Position numbers and translations under genes: made by a program. From the human T2T-CHM13v2.0 reference genome, Homo sapiens, in assembly GCF_009914755.1 (NCBI RefSeq), contig NC_060938.1: a stretch of 64,000 nucleotides of DNA. The stretch is one strand, 5' to 3'. A model generated the notes under the pieces. That model saw only the letters and a program-made list of their open reading frames with translations, made no database searches and was not told the DNA's origin. Shown here one piece after another: positions 52,992 to 64,000 of the stretch (position 1 is the first letter of the stretch; each line of letters begins with the position of its first letter).

Positions 52992-54049
52992 CCATTTGTT
53001 CCTCTAGAAAGGATTAAAGATTTGCTGAAGCAAAGTTCTCCTGACACTTTACCTAGAGCAAGGCTGAAACAAAAGCTACCTACACCTGTATTTTCCTTCT
53101 CTTATCCCTCAAGTACACAATAGGGCATTTGGCTCTCAGCAGTTGATGCCAAGTTCTGCTAGGGAAGAAATGAGACTTCAGAGCTCCCTACAAGTTGAAA
53201 TGGAGTCAGAAAAGCTACATATATAAATGTCAGAAAAGCTACATATATAAGCTACATACATAAGCTACTTATAAAGTTTCTGCAAAACTACCTCAAAGGG
53301 CAGGTAGTTTTGCAGAAACTGGAGGGACACTGTTTTCTGGAGCACTCTGCCACTAGGATTTTACTTTTAGTGTAATGAAGGATCACTGAAGACTTTTAAA
53401 CCAGACGGTGACATGATAAAATTTCATTTCAGAAATTTCATTTCTGAAAATTATGATGGCTGTTGGAAAAAAGTAGATTGGAAGAAGCAAGAAAATGCTA
53501 GGTTACTTCACAACTTCTCCAGGAAAATAGTGCAGTGGGAGAACCCTGAACTCAGGAAATATGGCCCATTTCCTGCACTATGTTTCCCAATTCAAAATAT
53601 CCTATTGTGGAATTCTACAGCTCAAGTCAAGAGCCCCTTCTGAACTACAAAGGACAAGGACTGATCTACTAAAGCCGTGTAGTAAATGTGAGGAATTTGC
53701 CTAACTCAGCCAATTGATGTGTCAAAATCTAACCAATGTGTCTAATAATCTAACATATATTGTTATTGATTTCAGGTTTTAAGAACCAGTTTTCTAAAAA
53801 TGAAAAACAAAATCAAAGCACTCTAGAGGAAGTAATCATATGTTTAATGTCATAAGTCACTGATTGTATACTTAATAGTAAATGGTGGATATGAACTTGG
53901 GCCCTGGAGTCAAACTTAGGTGGCTCGGTCATGCCCTTGATGTGTGTCTTTGGGTGGGCTACTGAAACTCTGTCTTAGTTTCATCTATAAAATAGAATGC
54001 TAACATCGACTTTATAGGGTTATTGTGAACTCTAAATAAGACAACAAAT

Positions 54050-54355
54050 GGAAACCCAACACATGTTCTCACTCAAAAGTGGGAGCTGAACACGTAGACA
54101 TGGGGAGGGGAATAACACACATTGGGGCCTGTCGGGGAGGGGGAGGGAGAGCATCAGGATAAACAGCTAATGCATGTGGGGCTTAATACCTAGGTGATGG
54201 GTTGATAGCTGCAACAAATCACCATGGCACTTGTTTACCTATGTAACAAACCTTCACGTCCTGCACATGTAGCCTGGAACTTAAAATTAAATTAAGTCAA
54301 AAAAAGCTAAAAGCAAGCTTTATGCCAAAAAAAATTTTAAAAACTTAAAAAAAAG
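54050..54355 (+). mobile_element. Older L1PA 3'UTR fragment with A-rich tail
   Basis: 'catgttctcactc...gtgggagct...gcttaatacctaggtgatgggttgatag...tgtaacaaacct..cacatgt...ggaacttaaaa'. Confidence 0.88.
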
Positions 54356-55465
54356 CGCCTCTTAAAGTTATAAGGGAGGGTACACAGTAAGCACTTAGTG
54401 AGTGAGTGTTGTGGTTGCTGTTTTTCTTAATAAACATATTTTTATCCAAATTATTAAGCAGAAATATTGGACTGGAAAAGGGTAAAGTGTGGATTATTAA
54501 CGGTTGACATTGGAAGAGCAAAGAGATAGAGATGTTCCATGTGGTTCCTTTGCCAAGCCATCCAGATACTCACCTCCATCCTTTTGGTCATTTCCCCTAA
54601 TACACAGTATATTTATGATCCCCTTCTGACAACCCCTTGAAGAGTTGCTTGCCTCCTGCACAGTGCTGAGTTATGGACGATGCATTTGAAGCCATATATT
54701 CACTCTGTCTTCCCCACATGTGCCTAGTAACTATGGCAGAGCTCAATAAAGAAGAGGCCAGTGGCGGGTTTACTCATTTTTAAAAAAATTTCCTTGTTGT
54801 TCTTTTCTGTGATTGTAATGGCTAGCACTGGTACTCTTTCCCTCTCTCTCCCCTTCTTTTGCCATAGAGCTATTGTCAAATGTACAAATACATAGTGAAT
54901 TGCGATGGTTTCTGGGACTGACAGAGAGAAGGAACCTGTTTTCCCCATAAATGCTGTAGAATGAAGGGTTTGCAAACATTGTGATTGTGGCAGATTAAAA
55001 AAAAAAAGTCAAGCAGGCTAAATTGAAAGGGAGGCATGAGAAAAGCTGGTGCAACCTGTCAGCTCCTGGTCCGAAAGAAGCTGATGGTATTTTTTTTAAT
55101 ATTGTGAAGAGAAGGAAAATTTTTTATAGTAAGTCTATGGATCTGCTTTAGGAGGCTTTTCTCTTGATCTAATTGAGCTGTTTGAAGTGTGCTTGAAAGT
55201 TCTCACCCAGCCTGTGTCAGCCACCTGCCTGCTACAAGCTGTGAGAAGTTAATCGTCTTGGGCATTGTTAGGAGGAGACTGTCTGGTATCTGATGGCTTT
55301 CCATTCTGAACAAGGGTGTACGGATATGGAAAATGTGTGTGCTCACATTTGTCTTTGGGGTGTGGGGCTGCTTCACTATGCATGAGAGCACATCCACACC
55401 TCCATCCAGATGGTGCCTGCTCATAGTGGCAGTGCTAGATAAATTCATGTCAAACAGGCAGATAA

Positions 55466-55684
<219 letters not shown>

Positions 55685-57065
55685 TGAAACAACCTTGCCA
55701 TTTGCCATCAACACTGGCTTCATCTTCCAATCTCTTTGCCTGTTGCCTCACATTGGATGTCACCAATCTGGGAAGCCTTTGTCACCCCTCACCACATTGA
55801 GGTGAGGGGTACCTCATATTCTCTCCCTGTTCCTTGATTTCCCATTCAAAGCACTTAATGCACCAAACATTTTTTTTTTATTGCATGTCTGAATACATTC
55901 CTTAGTAGTTCAACATTCTTTGAGGTTATATCATGTTCATCACAGAATTTAAAGCAATCTCCTGTGTATAGCAGATTGACAATAAATTAGCTATGAAAAC
56001 AAATGAATAACTATGGTTTGGGAAGAAAGACATTGTCTGAGCACACAGAATTCTAACTCATGACTTGTGCACTGTCAAGAATCACTTGCTTTCAGATAAT
56101 TTTGATGAGTCTGATTTTACGCTTTTCAGTTTGTATGTCTCATGATTTGTCCTTAATAGACTGAAGAAGTCCTAGCCCTTATAATTAACGAGTGCCTGGT
56201 AGGGGAAGGGCAGCAGAAAAGGACTGGATTAGAACCATCTCAAATGCTTCTATTCTGATTAGTACTTAGGGTTGGTTGGAGAGTAAGAATAGGGACTCAG
56301 CCTAGTTGAAGGAAAGCCTGTATAGTGGTGAGTCTGAGTGACAAACCAGGGAGAAGTAATAAGACAATTTATTTCTATTTTTTTATCCTACACCTGAAAT
56401 GTAAACAAGGGCACATTAAATTTTTACTGGTTAGCATTTTTTAAGTAATTATGTGCTCAACTATGTCCTTATATTTGCATTCTTACCAATGTAGACTCTG
56501 TTATGGAAGTAACCCATGCTGCTGCTGCCTTTGGACCTGAATCTCTTTTTGCCCTTGTCCCATTTGTGAATTTAGACTTTCAGCAAGTTGTCTTTATGAT
56601 TCTCTATTCTATGACATACTTTGTGAATTCATCTGTAATCAAATCTGTTTGATGAAGGTCACAAAAGCTAAGTCAACATGAGACCTGAAAGTAGAACCTG
56701 GGGGTACTGATTTTCCTACCCATTAGGAAACAGCCTCCCCACCCAATCAGGGCAGGTTATAGTATTCAATGCCATCTTGTCTTATTGACTGAGTCATACA
56801 TCTCTCATTCCGCAAAGTCAGGGTCCTAAAATACTTCTGTGGAGTCGCAAGGACTCTTCCTCATTAGCCATCTTTGACTTTGTCATTGATACTATTTTCT
56901 ACCTGTTTCTGATAATTAAAACCCCCCAAAAAGTAAAATGTCAGGGTGACCAGAGAGAACCTTAGATAGGACAGCTAATCTCTTGCTTCTAGAGAAAGGT
57001 ATGAAAATATACTGTGCTTATTATGGGGATGATGGTATGCTCTCTGAATTGAACCTTACCTTTTA

Positions 57066-59610
<2,545 letters not shown>

Positions 59611-59911
59611 ACAATGAAAACACATGGACACAGGAAGGGGAACATCACACTCTGGGGACTGTTGTGGGGTGGGGGGAGGGGGGAGGGATAGCATTAGGAA
59701 ATATAACTAATGCTAAATGACGAGTTAATGGGTGCAGCACACCAGCATGGCACATGTATACATATATAACTAACCTGCACATTGTGCATATGTACCCTAA
59801 AACTTAAAGTATAATAATAATAATAATAATAAAAAGAAATTTCTAATTGAGTTGCCTAAGCCTGCCCACCTGTCATTCTCATATGCCTAACACGATGTGA
59901 GATTTTATATA

Positions 59912-60562
<651 letters not shown>

Positions 60563-60596
60563 GGATACAGAGGGAAGACTCACTCTCACTCTCTCT

Positions 60597-60598
<2 letters not shown>

Positions 60599-60649
<51 letters not shown>

Positions 60650-60715
60650 TACACACACACACACATACATATATATACACACACATACACACACACGTAT
60701 GTATATTTACATGTA
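60599..60715. repeat. (TA)n/(CA)n compound microsatellite
   Basis: Read directly. Confidence 0.95.
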
Positions 60716-60775
60716 TTTATAAACTGATATTTTATTCAAATGTTTCAACTGGCCCCTAGGAAGAAAGATCCACTC

Positions 60776-61157
60776 TGATGTGTTCTGGCTCTGTGTGCCC
60801 ACCCAAATCTCATCTTGAATTATCATCTGAATTGTAATCCCTGTTTGTTGTGGGAGGGACCTCTCGGGAGGTGATTGGATTATGGAACGGTTTCCGCATG
60901 CTGTTCTTGTGGTAGTGGGTGAGTTCTCACAAAATCTGATGGTTTCATAAGAGGCTCTTCCCCCTTCGCTCTGCTCTTCCCTTCTTTAAGCTGCCATGCG
61001 AAGAAGGTCTTTGCTTTCCCTTCATCTTCTGCCATAATTGTAAGTTTCCTGAGGCCTTCCCAGCCATGCAGAACTGTGAGTCAATTATGCCTTTTTCCTT
61101 TATAAATTACTCAGTCTCAGGTATATCTTTATAGAAGTGTGAGAATGGTTTAATACA
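60776..61157 (+). mobile_element. THE1D-like MaLR solo LTR
   Basis: tgatgtgttctggctctgtg...taataca termini; cactc on both flanks (overlapping the 3' CA). Confidence 0.9.
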
Positions 61158-61249
61158 CTCTGTAAAAGCAAAATAATCACTCTTCAGAAGCAGAAAAAAA
61201 CTTTTTATAAGTGACTCAAAGTCAAGATGACCCATTTCTCATTTATATG

Positions 61250-61410
61250 ATATAAACCTATACATATCCTCTCACGTACTTTAAATCATCTCTAGATTAG
61301 TTATAATACCTAAAACAATGTAAATGCTATGTAAATGCCTGTTATACTATGTTTTAAAATTTGTATATTTTGTTGTATTATTTATATTTTTGTTTTTTGA
61401 ATCTACGGTT
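61250..61410. mobile_element. Tigger3/MER2 internal fragment, inverted relative to the copy at 59912
   Basis: 'gtactttaaatcatctctagattagttataatacctaaaacaatgtaaatgctatgtaaat' is the reverse of the Tigger3 core. Confidence 0.8.
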
Positions 61411-63711
61411 TATATGAATATCATTCTCTCTCCCTCTGCATCTATCTGTATCTACATATGTATATTTGTTTTTTTCTTAGAACATAACCTAGATTCCTCT
61501 ACAGTGTAAATCCCTTGCTTTCTGGTTTTCTGCCTAATAAAAGGCTCTCATTTCTATCTTGGTCTGGAAATACCCCCACTTCCATTTTTTATGAAGTAAA
61601 AATGCCGAAGATTTTTTTTTTTTTTTGCTAGAAGTAGTTTACTGTCTTTCTCTACAACTCATTCTAATATTTTTCTTTTCAACTCCCTACCATTCTTATT
61701 GTCTTCCAGCAATGTCTCTATGATCATAGAGAGACAAACTGCAGCCACACTTAGCCAGGATCATTTACATTTACTTGCATGGCTCTGTGTAGCTTGCTTT
61801 TTATGCTAGGCAGGTTCCTGAATAGTCAGATAGGAATTGAATTCTTGGAAATCATGCCATTGTTTAAGGATGAGGAAGAACTTACTATTTTAATGAACTT
61901 TATTATAAACCTTTTTTCTAAGCAAATAATCACCCCTTACTTTATCTTATCTCCTATGCAAATCCTGATTTTCACATTTAAGCTTTACTTAACAGTGTCA
62001 ATTTGTATAGTTATCTTTAAACAATGGTCAGTCCCCACTCTTATAATTGAAAAGTAAGTAATTTTCATTTACTTTCTGGCTTCTACCTCCAGAAAATCTC
62101 TTACCTCTATCTTTATTTTGGTAATTCTCTTGTAGGGACTTTAATAGCCCCTGGAAAATCATCATAGCTCTGCTTCAATCTGAAAACATAACTGGCAGGC
62201 ATGAGTCTGGAACACATACGAGGGAACGAAGTACCCAGAGCCAAGTTAAATGAACTGTTGATGACTTTTCTGAAAATCATAGTAAACCATGATTTCCTCA
62301 CAAAATATAGAAGTGTCTGATTTTTGGCATTTAATTCTCAAACATACTCAGATACACTTTCCTTCTTCCTCTCCCACTCTGGGTTCATATCATCATATAA
62401 ATCAGAAATGGGTCATCTTGCCTTTGAGTCATTTATAAAAAGTTTTTCTTTTCTAGCTCTGAAGCGTGATTATTTTGCTTTTAGAGAGGATCTTTCTTTC
62501 TGGGGCCAGTTGAAACATCTGAACAAAATAAAAATCAATTGAATATGGATATGAAACTTAACTTGTCTTTTTACCATTAAATATATATTTGAAAAATGTG
62601 CTCTTCTTTTATAGCTTTTGTCACATCAGCATGTACCAATTCCAACCAGAGAACGAAATATTAATATTCTGCCCCAAAGTGCTGTTTTCCAGCCTGTGCC
62701 AAAGCAGATAATGCCAGTAACAGGGAGTTTTCCAATCTAACTTTCTTATACCAGTCAAATTATCCATTTCAAAAAAGCATCCAGTCAAAGTGCTCCCAAT
62801 AAGTGAATATTTTGCCTAGAGAATTTTGGGCTTGAGTTATCCATCCCTCTGACCAAAATCTATAAGCCCACTCACCCAGGAGATCTGAGAATGAAACTAA
62901 ATATAAAAACTGGCTTTACTACTGGGAACCCGAAAGTTCAGCTAGTGAGGGAAGGAAAACAAAGAATAGAATGTTTTCCGACAATCCTTGCTTTTGTGAG
63001 TGGTCAGCAGATGTTTTGTGCCTCTGCTGTATTCCTTAGCTAAGGGTTCACATGAAATGTACCCTCTGAAGGCTGTGGCCTTGTTGGAACGCCAAATTAG
63101 TAGTTATTCCTCATGCTCTGAGGTCTAGCTTCACCTTCAGAACCAGGTGAGCTTGGTCCCCACAAAGCCCTACTGGTACTTAAGCTTCCCATTTCAAGAG
63201 GACATTTGGGTTCACTACACCTCTCCAAGCCGTCTGATTAATTGCAGCTGTGTGCAAATTAGTTTTCTTCAGGGGCTCTCTCCTGCTCTCAGATTAGCAA
63301 CAACGTATTCAGATGGAAAGCAAATAAAGATAGTTGTAAAATGAGGACACAAAAGAGATGCAACATGTTTGCTCTTGATGGGTGCATTGATGTCAGAACA
63401 ACTAGGGGGAAATAAGACCACCTTGGTACTGTTATCATCGTCCTGATGATGGTCCCTTCTTGCAGAAAAGCCCAAACAGAAGCAGGGCGTTGTCTAATCA
63501 CTGATGGGTTTCCTGATATTATTGAGAAGACCAAGCAAAATTAATGGTGATATTATATCTGGTGAAATTATTATAAATTCTCCCTGCAGTTTTAATTAGC
63601 TCTGCTCTTTTTCTCCTCCTGTTTTAATCCAAAGCATATGTGTATGTTTGTATCAGCAATTTCAAAATTCTGTGAAGCATTTGGTGTCATCCATCTAGTT
63701 TCAAAATAGGT

Positions 63712-63900
63712 ACAGCATGATGCAGTGGGAAGAATGCTAGCCTAGAAGTTAGGACTCCTGAGTTCCTGCCTAGGTCTGCCGCTAAGCTGTAGTATGACCT
63801 TGGACATGACCTTTCAGGACCTTGATTTCTTCTTATGTGAGATGAAGGATTAAAATCCAACAGTTTGTTAAATCACTCTCAACTTTTTAGATACTATTAA
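63712..63900 (+). mobile_element. MIR SINE relic
   Basis: 'ctcctgagttcctgcctaggtctgccgctaagctgtagtatgaccttggac'. Confidence 0.7.
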
Positions 63901-64000
63901 GTTTAGGATCCCGTGGAGAGGCCTATCATCCGAGAGACCATCCTATCATCAAAAGGTGAATATCAGGTCAAAGCAAAAGAAACCACATTAATTTTTTTCT

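Overview
Primate (most consistent with human) genomic DNA lying entirely inside the neurexin-3 gene (NRXN3), transcribed on the + strand. It contains one clear coding exon (3685-3992; end of the last LNS domain plus the Thr/Ser-rich stalk). The rest is intron, and the next known exon (Cys-loop, PTSDD...) is not visible in the window. The intron is dense with transposon relics: Alu/FLAM, an L1PA3-like insertion with a twin-priming inversion, two HERV-K(HML-1) LTR14 solo LTRs, THE1/MLT1/LTR16 LTRs, L2, MIR, a CR1/L3 relic and Tigger/MER DNA elements. No prokaryote-type system, CRISPR array or RNA gene is supported. The most notable unexplained structures are: a 90-bp-arm near-perfect palindrome set in a TA microsatellite; fold-back hairpins at both junctions of the L1 inversion; a candidate recursive splice site; several candidate cryptic or alternative NRXN3 exons, including an in-frame one built from a 36-bp x3 repeat; and a poly(A)-signal difference between the sense and antisense LTR14 copies. 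Repeat subfamily calls come from recalled consensus motifs, and boundaries of old repeats are approximate.
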